64,000 nt of DNA from Candidatus Aenigmatarchaeota archaeon (GCA_016198755.1 JACQIB010000004.1:64001-128000), one strand, 5' to 3'. Positions 38,041-49,001 are shown, counted from the first letter of the stretch. The notes: generated by a model from the sequence alone, not told the origin. Numbers and translations are program-made.

Positions 38041-38703
38041 ATGAAACCCCTGATAATTTTTGATATGGATTGGACTTTGATTAAGCTTGTAATGACCTGG
38101 GAGGATGTGATAGAGGAGCTTTCAGAGCTTTTTAGAAGATATGGCGTTCAGCTAGATACACGTGGGAATATTATAGCCGAGGTTTTTTCAAAATCAAGCA
38201 ACATGAAAGAAGGGAAAAAGCTGCTGAAGCAGGCATATGGCATAATAGATAAATATGAGGCTGTCGGGTCAAAGAATGCAGTTGTTCTTGGAAACAGCCC
38301 TTCCATACTGAAGGAACTGGAACAAAACTATAATTTGGCAATAGTCAGCAACAACGGGGACAAAGCTATAAAGACTGCTTTAAAGACAGTTGGAGTATCT
38401 TTGAAAACATTCAAGTCCATAATAAGCAGGGACAGCCATGAAAAGCCAAAACCCTCTCCTGTGCCAATAATAGAAATGCTGAAAAAATTTCCGGGAACAA
38501 AAGTTGTTTATGTTGTAGGTGATGAGCCTGTGGATATTTTGTGCGGAAAAGCTGCTGCTAAACTGGTTAACGGAATAAGCATTTACACTGTTGGGATAAT
38601 GGGTGGCTGGATAGGGAAGGAGAAAGTACTCAGATCAAAACCTGATTTTGTTATAAAAAATATAGAGGAACTCCCAGCCCTGCTTTCGAAGCAGCCTTTA
38701 TAA
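38041..38703 (+). CDS. HAD-family phosphatase
   Basis: FDMDWTL, VSN, KPKPSP, VGD-x3-D. Confidence 0.88.
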   Translation: MKPLIIFDMDWTLIKLVMTWEDVIEELSELFRRYGVQLDTRGNIIAEVFSKSSNMKEGKKLLKQAYGIIDKYEAVGSKNAVVLGNSPSILKELEQNYNLAIVSNNGDKAIKTALKTVGVSLKTFKSIISRDSHEKPKPSPVPIIEMLKKFPGTKVVYVVGDEPVDILCGKAAAKLVNGISIYTVGIMGGWIGKEKVLRSKPDFVIKNIEELPALLSKQPL

Positions 38704-38726
38704 GTCCGCATAGTCAAAAACTAAAA

Positions 38727-39611
38727 ATGGAGCGGGGATACTGGTATGTTATTCTGTCAGGTATCTTGGCTGGAACAGTTGTTTCCGGCGGCAGGTTCTT
38801 TGGGGAATTAGGTATGTCATTTTATCAGCTTTCAATTTTTTGGTTTGGATTAAGTGCATTGATTTTGTTCCCGTTCCTGTTGGTAAAAAAAGAGCTGCGT
38901 TTGGATAGGAAATCTTTTATATTCTATATAGCCTGCGGCCTTATAGGAACTGTTATAATGTTTGGACAGTTTTTACCCCTGTTTATGGGTGTGTCTGTTG
39001 CTGTTGTTGTTCTTCTTCTTTATACACAGCCATTATGGACAGCTATCTTTGGAAGGGTTTTGTTTAAGGAAAGGTTCACAAAATATAAGATTGCAGCAAT
39101 TATTTTGGTGCTGATAGGTATAGCTTTGCTCGCAAATCCTTTTCAGTCAGCTGGCATAGGCAACTTGTCTGGAATAGCTATTGCGTTGGCAGGAGGATTG
39201 GGATTATCAGGTTGGGTTATAACAGGGAAGGTTTCAGAAAACCGCAAGTACAATTCAATTAAAACAGTTTTTTACTTTAATCTTTTTACAACAGTGTTTC
39301 TTGCTGCAACATACCTTTTAGCTGTACAATTCCCAGCTGCCGGCAGTGCAACAGGATTAATGTTCAATTTTCCTCCAGCAGTGTGGCTTCTTTTTGTACT
39401 CTATTCAATTGCAAATGTAGGCACTTTCCTATTCCTGTATAAAGGTATTGCGACTATTACTGCATCGACTGCAGGCATAATACTGCTTTTGGAGCCTGTT
39501 GTTGCTACATTGATTGCAGCAGCCTTCCTGAACCAGCCTTTGACAATAAATATTCTTGCTGGGGGAGGAATAATTTTGCTAGCTAACTATATTTCAATAA
39601 AAAGCAAATAA
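38727..39611 (+). CDS. EamA/DMT transporter
   Basis: About 10 TM; LLYTQP, LFKE, LLEPVVA. Confidence 0.88.
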   Translation: MERGYWYVILSGILAGTVVSGGRFFGELGMSFYQLSIFWFGLSALILFPFLLVKKELRLDRKSFIFYIACGLIGTVIMFGQFLPLFMGVSVAVVVLLLYTQPLWTAIFGRVLFKERFTKYKIAAIILVLIGIALLANPFQSAGIGNLSGIAIALAGGLGLSGWVITGKVSENRKYNSIKTVFYFNLFTTVFLAATYLLAVQFPAAGSATGLMFNFPPAVWLLFVLYSIANVGTFLFLYKGIATITASTAGIILLLEPVVATLIAAAFLNQPLTINILAGGGIILLANYISIKSK

Positions 39612-39614
39612 TAT

Positions 39615-40841
39615 CTAAGCCAGCTTGAAAACTTTCCTTGCTTTTTCCAGACCCAGAACAAGTTTGTCTATATCTGAGCGTGTGTTGTATAGATAGAAGC
39701 TGGCTCTTGCTACTGCGGTTACACCGAGCCTGTCCATTAATGGCTGTGCGCAGGCATGGCCGGAACGGATTGCTATACCCTCGGAATTCAGAATACTTGC
39801 TATATCATGTGGATGCACACCGCGCAGTTCAAAGGATACAACGCCGCTGCGCATTTTATAGTTTTTCGGTCCGAAAATTTTCATCCCCCTGATATCAGAG
39901 AGCTTTTCCAGAGTATAGTCTGTCAATTCTTTGTCATGGTCCCTGATTTTTTTCATTCCAACTTTCTGCAAATAGTCAACTGCAGCTCCCAGCCCAATTG
40001 CTCCTGCAATGTTTGGTGTCCCAGCTTCGAATTTCCATGGAAGGGAGTTGTAAACAGTTTTTTGCAGTCCAACTTCCTTTATCATATCCCCTCCTCCCAG
40101 AAAGGGCTGTAACTTTGCCAAAAGTCCCTCTTTTCCATACAAAACCCCTATTCCAGTCGGTCCAAGCATTTTGTGGCCTGAGAAAGCCAGAAAATCTATA
40201 TCCAGTTTCTTCACATCCACAGGCATATGCGGCACAGACTGAGCTCCATCCACAATAAGCAAAGAGTCATTGTCATGAGCTAGTTTAGATATAGCGGAGA
40301 CAGGGTTTATTGTCCCTAAAACATTTGAAACATGTGTTACTGTAACGAGCTTTGTTTTTTTTGTTAAAAGTTTTTCATACTGCTCCATTTTCAAAGTTCC
40401 ATCAGGGTTCACATCCACAAACTTCAGCTTAATTCCCTTTGCTTTCAAAAACTGCCATGGAACAATATTGCTGTGATGTTCCATAACAGTGCTCAGCACT
40501 TCGTCTCCGCGTTTAAGTTTCCCAAAACCTAAGCTGTAAACTAAAAGATTGAGAGCTTCAGTTGTGTTGCGAGTGAAAATAACCTCTGCAGGTTTGGTTC
40601 CAATAAAGCTGGCAACTTTCTCTCTCCCGCTTTCATATTCTTCAGTAGCCTCCTCAGCAAGTTTATGTACCCCGCGTGCAACATTTGCTGTATAAGACAT
40701 ATAGTACCCGTTCATTGCATCCAAAACACTTACGGGCTTGAGAGAGGTTGCAGCGCTATCTAAATATACCAAGGTCTTACCATTTACCTTTCTCTTTAGT
40801 ACAGGAAAATCTTTCCTGAATTTTTTAAAATCAACTGGCAT
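39615..40841 (-). CDS. sufS: Cysteine desulfurase, SufS class
   Basis: YLDSAAT, EHHSN, DGAQ, SGHKM, RSGHACA. Confidence 0.96.
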   Translation of the reverse strand: MPVDFKKFRKDFPVLKRKVNGKTLVYLDSAATSLKPVSVLDAMNGYYMSYTANVARGVHKLAEEATEEYESGREKVASFIGTKPAEVIFTRNTTEALNLLVYSLGFGKLKRGDEVLSTVMEHHSNIVPWQFLKAKGIKLKFVDVNPDGTLKMEQYEKLLTKKTKLVTVTHVSNVLGTINPVSAISKLAHDNDSLLIVDGAQSVPHMPVDVKKLDIDFLAFSGHKMLGPTGIGVLYGKEGLLAKLQPFLGGGDMIKEVGLQKTVYNSLPWKFEAGTPNIAGAIGLGAAVDYLQKVGMKKIRDHDKELTDYTLEKLSDIRGMKIFGPKNYKMRSGVVSFELRGVHPHDIASILNSEGIAIRSGHACAQPLMDRLGVTAVARASFYLYNTRSDIDKLVLGLEKARKVFKLA

Positions 40842-42024
40842 TTGAAACCTTCTCCTCCAGTATAGTCTTTATTTTCCCCCTTAAAACTTCATCTGGTATC
40901 CTTTGTAATACAGGCTCAAAATATCCCTGCACAATAAGCCTCTCAGCCTCCCTCCTTTCAAGTCCGCGGCTCATCAGATAAAATAGCTGCTCTTCATCCA
41001 CTTTTCCAACAGAAGCCTCATGTCCTGCCTGCACATCGTTTGTATCTATTTCAAGGCTTGGTATAACATCAGATTTTGATTTATCCCCAAACAAAAGAGT
41101 ATGGCCGCGCAGCCAGCTGTTTGCTCCCAGAGCAGATTTGTATATTTTGTTTACTCCCCTGTGCACAGCAGTTGAATTTCCAAAGAGAGCGCCGCGCGCA
41201 AGTATATCATAGGTTGTGTGCGGAACCAAATGCTGGACAGAAGTTTGTAGCTCTATATTTTGTTTTCCTGTGCCAATATAGGATCCGTAAACTTTTGCTT
41301 CAGATCCTTTGCCCTGCAAAGCACAGTCAAGTCTGAGCCTTGAAAAATCCCCACCGAAAATACAGAAAACCTGCTCCAGTCTAGAGTCTTTGTCCAGCAA
41401 AACCCGTTTAATTGAAAATTCAACGCCTGAAGACAGGTTTTGCAGGCTTATTATTTTGGCCTGAGTCCCCTCCTTCAGGAAAATCTCAAAAAAGTTGCTG
41501 AAATAGGAAGCTGGTCCCCCCAAATCTTCTATTAAAGTAAAAGAGCTTCCAGGCTCTGCTACTATTATAGAGTGCATAAAGTTCGAGCCTGTAACAATTT
41601 CTGAGAGTAAAAGCGGTTTAGTCAGGTTTGTTTTTGCAGGTATATACAAAAGAGAGCCTTTGGAAAAGCATGCAGAGTGCAGGGCCGTGAAAATATTTTC
41701 CTCTGGTTTTATTGCTGAAAATATATATTTTTTCAGTATATCTGAATGATCTTTTATTGCCGTTTCAATATCACAGAAAATAATCCCTGATTTTTCCAGC
41801 TCTCCGGATAAAGTTTGTTTTATATTTCCTTTATCTGCAGACGATTTGATATTAAGGAGAGAAAAATCAGTGTACTTCCATTCTTCTATTTTTCTTATTG
41901 GCTCAGGCATGGATTTAAACAAATCCAGTCCATGTTTTCTCTTTTCAGACAGCCATGCAGGTTCTGTTTTAGAAGTTATAATAGGTATATCAAAATCTAT
42001 TTTTGGGTTCAAGAACTCACCCAA
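40831..42024 (-). CDS. sufD: Fe-S assembly protein SufD
   Basis: [31 protein letters not shown]. Confidence 0.92.
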   Translation of the reverse strand: MGEFLNPKIDFDIPIITSKTEPAWLSEKRKHGLDLFKSMPEPIRKIEEWKYTDFSLLNIKSSADKGNIKQTLSGELEKSGIIFCDIETAIKDHSDILKKYIFSAIKPEENIFTALHSACFSKGSLLYIPAKTNLTKPLLLSEIVTGSNFMHSIIVAEPGSSFTLIEDLGGPASYFSNFFEIFLKEGTQAKIISLQNLSSGVEFSIKRVLLDKDSRLEQVFCIFGGDFSRLRLDCALQGKGSEAKVYGSYIGTGKQNIELQTSVQHLVPHTTYDILARGALFGNSTAVHRGVNKIYKSALGANSWLRGHTLLFGDKSKSDVIPSLEIDTNDVQAGHEASVGKVDEEQLFYLMSRGLERREAERLIVQGYFEPVLQRIPDEVLRGKIKTILEEKVSNAS

Positions 42025-44593
42025 CAGCCCCTGTCATTTCCAGTTCTATCAGCCTGTTAAATTCAACCGCATATTCCAGAGGGAGTTGTTTTGTAAAAGG
42101 CTGTAAAAATCCGGAAACAATCATAGTAAGAGCCTGTTGTTCTGATAAACCTCTTGACATAAGATAGAACAGCTGCTCCTCGCTCACTTTTCCTACAACA
42201 GCCTCGTGCCCTATAGTTGTGTCTTTCTCCTCTATCTCCATATAGGGTATTGTATCTGATTTGGCTTCCTTATTCAGAATCAAAGCATCGCACTTTACAT
42301 GAGACTTGCAGTTCTTAGCCCCAGGAATAACCTTTACCAAACCGCGGTAGGTTGTTATTCCATTTCCTTTGCTTACTGATTTGGAAACAATTGTAGAAGA
42401 GGTATTCGAAGCCAGATGAACAGCTTTTGCACCAGTATCCTGATGCTGGCCTGAGTTTGCAAATGCTATTGACAAAATATCAGTCTTAGCCCCAGGCCCC
42501 ATCAAATAAACAGAAGGATACTTCATTGTTATTCTGGACCCTATATTCGCATCCAGCCACTCAACATAAGAGTTTTCATAAGCATAGGCTCTTTTTGTAA
42601 CTAGGTTGAAAACATTGTTTGCCCAGTTCTGCAGTGTTGTGTAGCGCACTCGCGAATTCTTGTGGGCTATAACTTCAACAACAGCTGAATGAAGAGAGTT
42701 TGTAGAATAGGTTGGCGCGGAACAGTTGTGCACAGCAACCCCGTTTGCAATGTAGCTTTCATCTTCCTCAACGCCGAAATTGTAGACAGGAACATTTTCA
42801 ACCTCACGCGAAGAAATACTTTTTATCGGAACGAAAGCGTAATTTTCTGTAATATGCGCAAAAGATTTTGCATTTATTTGCTGGAGCATCTGAAAAGCAA
42901 TCTGCTTTCCAACAGCAATTTCTGTTGACGGATATGTTCCGACAGCATTAGCAAAAGCTTTCAGGAAACTTCCGCCAACATGGACGCAGTAAATATCTTT
43001 TCTTTTTCCAGTCCTTTTGTGTTTGTTGAGGCTAGCGAAAATATTCATACGCAAAAGCATTTTATGAAGACTTTCAGCGATATTCTTGGAAATTGTATTC
43101 ATCCTAAACATTCTTTTTACTCCATAAGCATATTGATGCATCATGAAACTTCCATCTCCGCGCCAAAACCCTTTCACTAATTCTTTTTGTTTCTCCGGAG
43201 ATTCTTTCATTACCCAATCTGGAATTCTTTTTCCTGCCGCGCCCTTTGAGAATTGTGTCTCAAAAAATCTTGCAGCAGCTGTTGATGAAAGCACAAGAGA
43301 AATTCCATGCTTATATGGCTTTTGCTCCCATGGCTGCTCGCCGAAATATTTTTTCAACAGCTCTTTCACATCATCAATATAAAGCCTTTCATTTTCATTG
43401 AAAGTGAAATGAACATAATGGCCGCCGACAATGCTGCCTTCTGAAAGATAATATCCTGCGAGCCTGAAAAAATCAGAATCAGTCTTTATTTTAAATTCTA
43501 TTGTTTTGAAGCCGTGCCTGCCAGTCCCCTTTTCTATAGGAAAAATTCTTTCTTCTTGTGTTTCAACTTTTCTATCAATAGGAATCGCAAGATAATCTTC
43601 TTTGCCGAGATCTTCCACTTTCACCCAATCTGGCTTCCACTCTGTATTTTTATATTCATGTTTCTGCCTCTTCACAGCAAGGAATGGATGTTCTCCAGTA
43701 ACTTCTATATTTTTTGTCGAATCTCCAAAATATTGTATTGTGAAAAGCCCTCCTGTGTGTGGGCGGACTTGAATATGATAAACTTTTTTCAGCCTGTTAT
43801 TGTGTGTTATAACAAAGTCACCAACTTTAACATCTTCAATTTTTTTGATTCCATTTGAAGTTACAACAGGTGCACCCGCAGTAAAGCAGCCTTCTATATA
43901 GTGTACCGAAGCTCCCTCTTCCACAATTATTAAAGTTCTTTCAAACTGTCCAACATTTTTTGCGTTTATTCTGAAGTAGGCTTGCAGAGGAAGTTCAACT
44001 TTCACTCCTTTTGGAATATAAACAAAGCTCCCCCCACTCCAGACTGCAGTATTCAGAGCAGCAAATTTATTGTCAGCAAATGGAACAACAGTGCCGAAAT
44101 ATTTTTTAACAAGCTCCGGATGTTCTTTAATTGCTGTATCTGTATCGCAGAAAATAACTCCAAGCTTTGCCAAATCCTCCCTTACCTTATGGTATACTGT
44201 TTCTGAATCAAACTGTGTTCCGGCACCTGAAAGGAACTTCTTTTCAGCTTCAGGTATTCCAAGCTTATCAAATGTTTTTTTAATATTCTTAGGCACATCC
44301 TTCCAGTCTGTGGAAGTTTTTGCATTCGGGCTCACATAGTAAGCTATATCATCAAAACTGACAACTGAAAGGTCTGCTCCCCATGCAGGCATTGTCCTTT
44401 TCAGGAAATGTGCCAAAGCTTTCAATCTGATGTTTAGCATCCACTCCGGCTCTTTTTTTATCTCTGAAATTTTCCTTACAACAGCTTCTGAAAGGCCGTT
44501 AGGTAGTCTGAATTCCTTTACGTCATTCTTTTCCCTGTATTTTTCTGTGTTTATGTCCAAAAAACCTGTTTTCTGCCCAGCCATTATTCTCAC
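42017..44593 (-). CDS. sufB: Fe-S assembly protein SufB containing an intein
   Basis: FAALN-x-AVWSGG, GQFERTL, YIEG[intein]CSAP, LHSAVVE, GHEA; ATG 44584 is an alternative start. Confidence 0.96.
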   Translation of the reverse strand: MRIMAGQKTGFLDINTEKYREKNDVKEFRLPNGLSEAVVRKISEIKKEPEWMLNIRLKALAHFLKRTMPAWGADLSVVSFDDIAYYVSPNAKTSTDWKDVPKNIKKTFDKLGIPEAEKKFLSGAGTQFDSETVYHKVREDLAKLGVIFCDTDTAIKEHPELVKKYFGTVVPFADNKFAALNTAVWSGGSFVYIPKGVKVELPLQAYFRINAKNVGQFERTLIIVEEGASVHYIEGCFTAGAPVVTSNGIKKIEDVKVGDFVITHNNRLKKVYHIQVRPHTGGLFTIQYFGDSTKNIEVTGEHPFLAVKRQKHEYKNTEWKPDWVKVEDLGKEDYLAIPIDRKVETQEERIFPIEKGTGRHGFKTIEFKIKTDSDFFRLAGYYLSEGSIVGGHYVHFTFNENERLYIDDVKELLKKYFGEQPWEQKPYKHGISLVLSSTAAARFFETQFSKGAAGKRIPDWVMKESPEKQKELVKGFWRGDGSFMMHQYAYGVKRMFRMNTISKNIAESLHKMLLRMNIFASLNKHKRTGKRKDIYCVHVGGSFLKAFANAVGTYPSTEIAVGKQIAFQMLQQINAKSFAHITENYAFVPIKSISSREVENVPVYNFGVEEDESYIANGVAVHNCSAPTYSTNSLHSAVVEVIAHKNSRVRYTTLQNWANNVFNLVTKRAYAYENSYVEWLDANIGSRITMKYPSVYLMGPGAKTDILSIAFANSGQHQDTGAKAVHLASNTSSTIVSKSVSKGNGITTYRGLVKVIPGAKNCKSHVKCDALILNKEAKSDTIPYMEIEEKDTTIGHEAVVGKVSEEQLFYLMSRGLSEQQALTMIVSGFLQPFTKQLPLEYAVEFNRLIELEMTGAVG
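42725..43888 (-). mobile_element. Class 1 intein with LAGLIDADG homing endonuclease (388 aa)
   Basis: Starts CFTAG, block [16 protein letters not shown] and [10 protein letters not shown], ends VYNFGV...AVHN/C. Confidence 0.95.
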
Positions 44594-45333
44594 CCAAAAG
44601 CCTCATATCCTTCCTTTTCAACTTCCCCAGCTAATTCCGCTTTCCCGCTTTTCACAACCCTCCCATCCTTGAAAACATGCACAAAGTCAGGTTTAACATA
44701 CTTCAAAATCCTGTTATAGTGTGTAATAAGCAAAACCCCGGTTTTATTCTCTTTCGCAGATTGTTCAATTCCCTTTCCCACAACTTTCAAAGCGTCCACA
44801 TCTGTACCTGAATCAGGTTCATCCAAAATTGCAATTTTTGGCTTTAGCATATTCATTTGTAAAATCTCAGCGCGTTTCTTTTCCCCTCCCGAAAACCCTT
44901 CATTTAACCCGCGCCTGATAAATTCATCTCCCATTCCAAGCCTTCCCATCTGCTCTTTCAGAATCTTATGGAATTCCATTACCGGAGGAGCTTTCCCATT
45001 GGAAGAAATCAATGCAGTGCGCAGAAAATTTCCCAGACCAACTCCTGGAACTTCCATTGGATACTGAAAACCCAAAAAAAGCCCCATATGCGCGCGTTCA
45101 TTGGCTGGGAACTTAAGTATGGATTTTCCATCAAGCAGAATATCCCCTTTTAGAATCTTGTATTTTGGGTGCCCCATTATAACTGAGCTAAGTGTGGATT
45201 TTCCGGAACCATTGGGTCCCATAATAGCATGTACTTTCCCCTTTTCTATAGTTAGATTAACGCCTTTCAAAACTTCCTTCCCTTCTATAGAAGCCCACAA
45301 ATTTTTTATTTCCAGTTTCACTGGCTCACCCAA
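44590..45333 (-). CDS. sufC: SufC ATPase
   Basis: [13 protein letters not shown]-x-E-x-[21 protein letters not shown]. Confidence 0.96.
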   Translation of the reverse strand: MGEPVKLEIKNLWASIEGKEVLKGVNLTIEKGKVHAIMGPNGSGKSTLSSVIMGHPKYKILKGDILLDGKSILKFPANERAHMGLFLGFQYPMEVPGVGLGNFLRTALISSNGKAPPVMEFHKILKEQMGRLGMGDEFIRRGLNEGFSGGEKKRAEILQMNMLKPKIAILDEPDSGTDVDALKVVGKGIEQSAKENKTGVLLITHYNRILKYVKPDFVHVFKDGRVVKSGKAELAGEVEKEGYEAFG

Positions 45334-45694
45334 AACTCTTGCCGCACCCGCAGGTAGAGCGTGCGTTAGGGTTTATTACTTGTACTCCCCCTCCTTGCAG
45401 TCCTTCAGAGTAGTCTATTGTTGCCCCCTTTAGCATTGCAAGAGAAGTCTTGTCTATAAACACTCTCAGGCCTGAAAATTCCAAAATCTGATCACCTGCT
45501 TCAGGGTCCTTCAAAAATGTGAAATCATATGAGAAACCAGCACATCCCCCAGGCAAAACCTGTATTTTTAACCCATACCCATCTAAGCTCTGCCTCTTCA
45601 TTATGTCCCTTATTTTTTCTGCAGTATTATTTTCCATACTCAGACTGTCTGAATTCTTCCCGACCTGTACTGTTTCCGCGTGTGCATGAACCAT
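45326..45694 (-). CDS. A-type Fe-S carrier (HesB/IscA/SufA)
   Basis: [12 protein letters not shown]-x3-CGCGKSF; GAGGTGA ribosome site upstream. Confidence 0.92.
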   Translation of the reverse strand: MVHAHAETVQVGKNSDSLSMENNTAEKIRDIMKRQSLDGYGLKIQVLPGGCAGFSYDFTFLKDPEAGDQILEFSGLRVFIDKTSLAMLKGATIDYSEGLQGGGVQVINPNARSTCGCGKSFG

Positions 45695-45723
45695 ATTCTC
45701 ACCTCAATTGTTTTCGCTTTCCT

Positions 45724-45757
45724 ACCGTATAAATATAACGGTGTTATAAACTTTTAC
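45724..45757 (-). promoter_or_regulatory. suf operon promoter with palindrome ACCGT-n9-ACGGT
   Basis: Minus-strand GTAAAAG-TTTATAA (45757-45744) directly followed by the inverted repeat at 45724-45742. Confidence 0.5.
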
Positions 45758-46054
45758 ATCTTTTAAAATGTTGTTAATAGTTCCTTTTCCACCCATATAA
45801 AGTGATAGGGTTGAAGGTGTCTGGAACATATACAGTAATTGGCAGAACCCCCATATAAATGCCACTATTTGGTAGTAATAAATATTCAAATATAACAACG
45901 TCCTAAGTTTTATGGGGCATTTAATTGTATAACGAATATAAGTTCTATAAAAGACAGGTAGATATTTTAGAAACAGAGAATTTTTACTCTCTCTATAGTG
46001 CAATGGAACCAACTTCTTTTTAAGTCTCAGTAGCAGAATTTAGAGCGAGATAAA

Positions 46055-46780
46055 ATGCCACTGAAAATAGATACATACGAGTTTACGGAGATTATACAGG
46101 CAACTCCAGATGTGAAAATTTTCAAGTTTAAGCCTGTGATCCCTGAAACAAAGATATTCAATTATAAACCAGGGCAGTTTTTAATGATGTACATGTTGGA
46201 CAGTGAGGGAAAACCAACCAATTTAGCTCGCGCCTATTCAATTTCCTCCAACCCTATACAAAAAGACCATTTGGAGCTTACAATAAAGATAACAGGCAAG
46301 TTTACAAATATGCTGGACAAAATGAAAGTCGGAGATAGGGTTGGTGTAACAGGCTCCTTTGGAGTTTTCACTTACAACACTGAAAAACATAAGGACACTG
46401 TAATGATGGCCGGCGGAGTTGGAATAGCCCCTTTTATTAGCATGGTACGCTTTTCAACAGCACAAAAACTCCAGAATAAAATCTTTCTCTTTTACAGCAA
46501 CAGAACAAATAAGGATATTTCCCATCTGGAAGAACTAAAAAGGCTGGAGGAGGAAAATCCAAACTTCCGTGCAATTTACACTGTAACAAGAGATGAACCA
46601 GCTTCTGGAATACATGAACAGGGCAGGTTTAACGAAACCCATATACAAAAATATCTGCCAGCCCTCGAAGGAAAGAACTTTATGCTATGCGGCTCAACAG
46701 CAATGGTAAATGATTTCACAGCAATTCTTCAGGCACTGGGAGTTGAAAAGTTCAGAATAACAGCAGAAAAGTTTGGCTAA
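46055..46780 (+). CDS. FNR-like FAD/NAD(P)-binding oxidoreductase
   Basis: YKPGQF, RAYSISS, GKFT, AGGVGIAP, LCG, EKF. Confidence 0.9.
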   Translation: MPLKIDTYEFTEIIQATPDVKIFKFKPVIPETKIFNYKPGQFLMMYMLDSEGKPTNLARAYSISSNPIQKDHLELTIKITGKFTNMLDKMKVGDRVGVTGSFGVFTYNTEKHKDTVMMAGGVGIAPFISMVRFSTAQKLQNKIFLFYSNRTNKDISHLEELKRLEEENPNFRAIYTVTRDEPASGIHEQGRFNETHIQKYLPALEGKNFMLCGSTAMVNDFTAILQALGVEKFRITAEKFG

Positions 46781-47964
46781 GCCAGACCTTCCTCCTTGGC
46801 TATAATTTCAGCGACATAATCTATACCATCTATTCCAAACATCTTTAAATCAGTTTCATATGCCTGCATTAGTGAAATACCTCCTTCAGGGTCTGTTGAT
46901 GCAGGTTCCCTCTCCAAGCTCCATTCATTGAATGTTATCTCAAAATCCCCATCTGTACATTTTGCAGGGAAAAATCGTTTGCCTGGAGTATTCACATAGG
47001 CTTCCCATATTGTTCCCCAGCCAGCTCTGCCAGCAGTTCCAAGGCAGGCAGGGTTGCTCATAACAGACTCGGGCAGAATCCTGCCTCCAATCTTTCTTGC
47101 TGTTTCAGCAAAAGTATCAGGAAAAGCTATATCTATTCCAGTTCTCTTAAAGTCTTCAAGCCTTTTCAGCAGCTCCTGTTCCCCATAACCAGCCCCGCTC
47201 ATGTTAGCATATATAAAATTTGGCAACGGTGACAAATCCCTAGGCATCTTACTTTTCAGCGGAGGAGTTTTGACCTCATTCACATGCGGTTCCCTCCCAT
47301 TTACAAATGAAAGTGTGTGTATTCTTGGAAGGAAAACCTTCCTGTAAGAATTTGCTCCTCTTGTTTTATCGAAAATAGCTGCTGCTTCCCTTAATTTTTC
47401 TGATGTTACACCAACAGGCAGCTGTATTATGCGCCCTTCATAGCCATTATCAGCAACATCTGCAACCCTTCTTGCAAATTCTGGGAATACAAAAGAACAA
47501 GTGCTGTATGCAGGCAGGCCTGTCGCAAATTGCATCCAAGTCATAAGTTCAAATTTCATGCTTTCGGGCTGTACCACAACCTCTTCTCCAGTTCCCAAAG
47601 AAACTGCTTTAACAGGTTTTTTCAGCTTCTCTTGGAAAGCTTTTTGCGTCTTCTCTCCATCTCTAGTAAGCCTTTCTAAATAATCAGGATATCCCTGTTT
47701 GTTTTGCATTACAGGTAGAAGATGTTCCCCCAGTTCCCTGCTCATATAAATATTGTCCAATCCAGAAGGCTCAAGCCTCCTTTCCATTATACCTTCCTGC
47801 GTTCCGGGATAAAATAGCGGAATAAGAACCCCGTACTGCAAGGCTGGATTTTCTTTTCTTGCAATCTCTCCAATTCTCCTACCAATTTCAGCTCCCACAA
47901 GGTATGGAGCATGACCATGACTTGGGCTTAAAACAGCTACAACACTGTCTTTTCCAAATTCCAT
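46777..47964 (-). CDS. Hypothetical protein, possibly a divergent GT-B glycosyltransferase
   Basis: SHGH near N-terminus, NMSGAG, GRAGWGTIWEA (MurG-like); function weakly supported. Confidence 0.5.
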   Translation of the reverse strand: MEFGKDSVVAVLSPSHGHAPYLVGAEIGRRIGEIARKENPALQYGVLIPLFYPGTQEGIMERRLEPSGLDNIYMSRELGEHLLPVMQNKQGYPDYLERLTRDGEKTQKAFQEKLKKPVKAVSLGTGEEVVVQPESMKFELMTWMQFATGLPAYSTCSFVFPEFARRVADVADNGYEGRIIQLPVGVTSEKLREAAAIFDKTRGANSYRKVFLPRIHTLSFVNGREPHVNEVKTPPLKSKMPRDLSPLPNFIYANMSGAGYGEQELLKRLEDFKRTGIDIAFPDTFAETARKIGGRILPESVMSNPACLGTAGRAGWGTIWEAYVNTPGKRFFPAKCTDGDFEITFNEWSLEREPASTDPEGGISLMQAYETDLKMFGIDGIDYVAEIIAKEEGLA

Positions 47965-47984
47965 AACAGCATTTTGAAAGAAAT

Positions 47985-48404
47985 CTATTTAAATGACTTA
48001 TTATTCGTATTCTCACCAAGCTTTGTTCGCCCTTTAACCCATTCTATAAATTTCATAGCTTCTTTAACCAAATTTTCAGCTACCGCCTTTGAAACTGACG
48101 TTCCCAAATAACCGGCAGTATTTCTCATTTCAAGAGCATCTCTTATGATTTTCCTTCCTGCGCTATCATTTATAATTCTTACCACGTCTGTGTGGAATTG
48201 TATGGCTTCCCTATGGTCTTTTGAAGCCCGCTTTCCCAAAAAGAATATTGTTAACGCATCGTTTGCATTTATAATGGACTGTGTAGCATCAAACCCAGCT
48301 GCATTAAGCCTGTTTTTATTTAAATTATCTGCCGCAGATTCCAAAAATTCTCCGGCTTGTTTCAGGTAATCTGCCGCCTCTTCTTTTTTCACTTCTTTAA
48401 CCAT
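47985..48404 (-). CDS. HEPN-domain protein
   Basis: QSIINANDA, RASKDH, RNTAGY. Confidence 0.85.
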   Translation of the reverse strand: MVKEVKKEEAADYLKQAGEFLESAADNLNKNRLNAAGFDATQSIINANDALTIFFLGKRASKDHREAIQFHTDVVRIINDSAGRKIIRDALEMRNTAGYLGTSVSKAVAENLVKEAMKFIEWVKGRTKLGENTNNKSFK

Positions 48405-48979
48405 TCTAAATCACCATATAAAACTTTTCCTTCTTCTGCCAGTTTTACTATAAAGTCATCCATTCTCTTCAACTTTTCTTTATACTCTCCCTGTTTCATA
48501 TATGTAACTGAAATAAAAATATCATAACTTTCAATGATCCTTTGGACTTCTTCATAGAGTTTTTTGTCTATAGTTTCTTTGCTCCCTTTGTAAATTACTA
48601 AGATATCAATATCGCTTTTTTCTTTAAATTCCCCCCTAGCTAAAGACCCGAATAAAATCAAGTTTATAATACCTCTTTTATAGACGCTTTTTGCAAAGCT
48701 TTCCGCTATTTTAATTGGTTTTTCCCTTTCTGCCTCAAACAAGCTTTTTAGTTCAGGATAGAAAAAAATACTCTTATTCAGGCAGTATAACCTTGATTTG
48801 TCATTTAATTTGGTCTTCAAAATCCTGAACTCCACAAGATCTTTAAGTGCAGGATGGACAGTTCCATAAGAGAGGTTAGAATATTTGGCTATATCCTCAA
48901 AGCGCATATATTTATCTATTTCCATCATTGTGCGCAAAACTCGTATTTTTGTTTTGGATGCTATAGCTTCTTCCAGCAT
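48389..48979 (-). CDS. wHTH-fused MNT antitoxin
   Basis: HTH; LFGSLARG-x5-SDIDIL. Confidence 0.9.
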   Translation of the reverse strand: MLEEAIASKTKIRVLRTMMEIDKYMRFEDIAKYSNLSYGTVHPALKDLVEFRILKTKLNDKSRLYCLNKSIFFYPELKSLFEAEREKPIKIAESFAKSVYKRGIINLILFGSLARGEFKEKSDIDILVIYKGSKETIDKKLYEEVQRIIESYDIFISVTYMKQGEYKEKLKRMDDFIVKLAEEGKVLYGDLEWLKK

Positions 48980-49001
48980 ACTAATTATTACACAAAAGTT
49001 C

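Noticed and set aside
45722-46012. 96-aa ORF, or a replication origin, in the suf-FNR spacer
   Set aside because: TTG start, biased composition and overlap with the promoter; GTTCCA words are only weak ORB-like matches and no cdc6/orc1 is nearby
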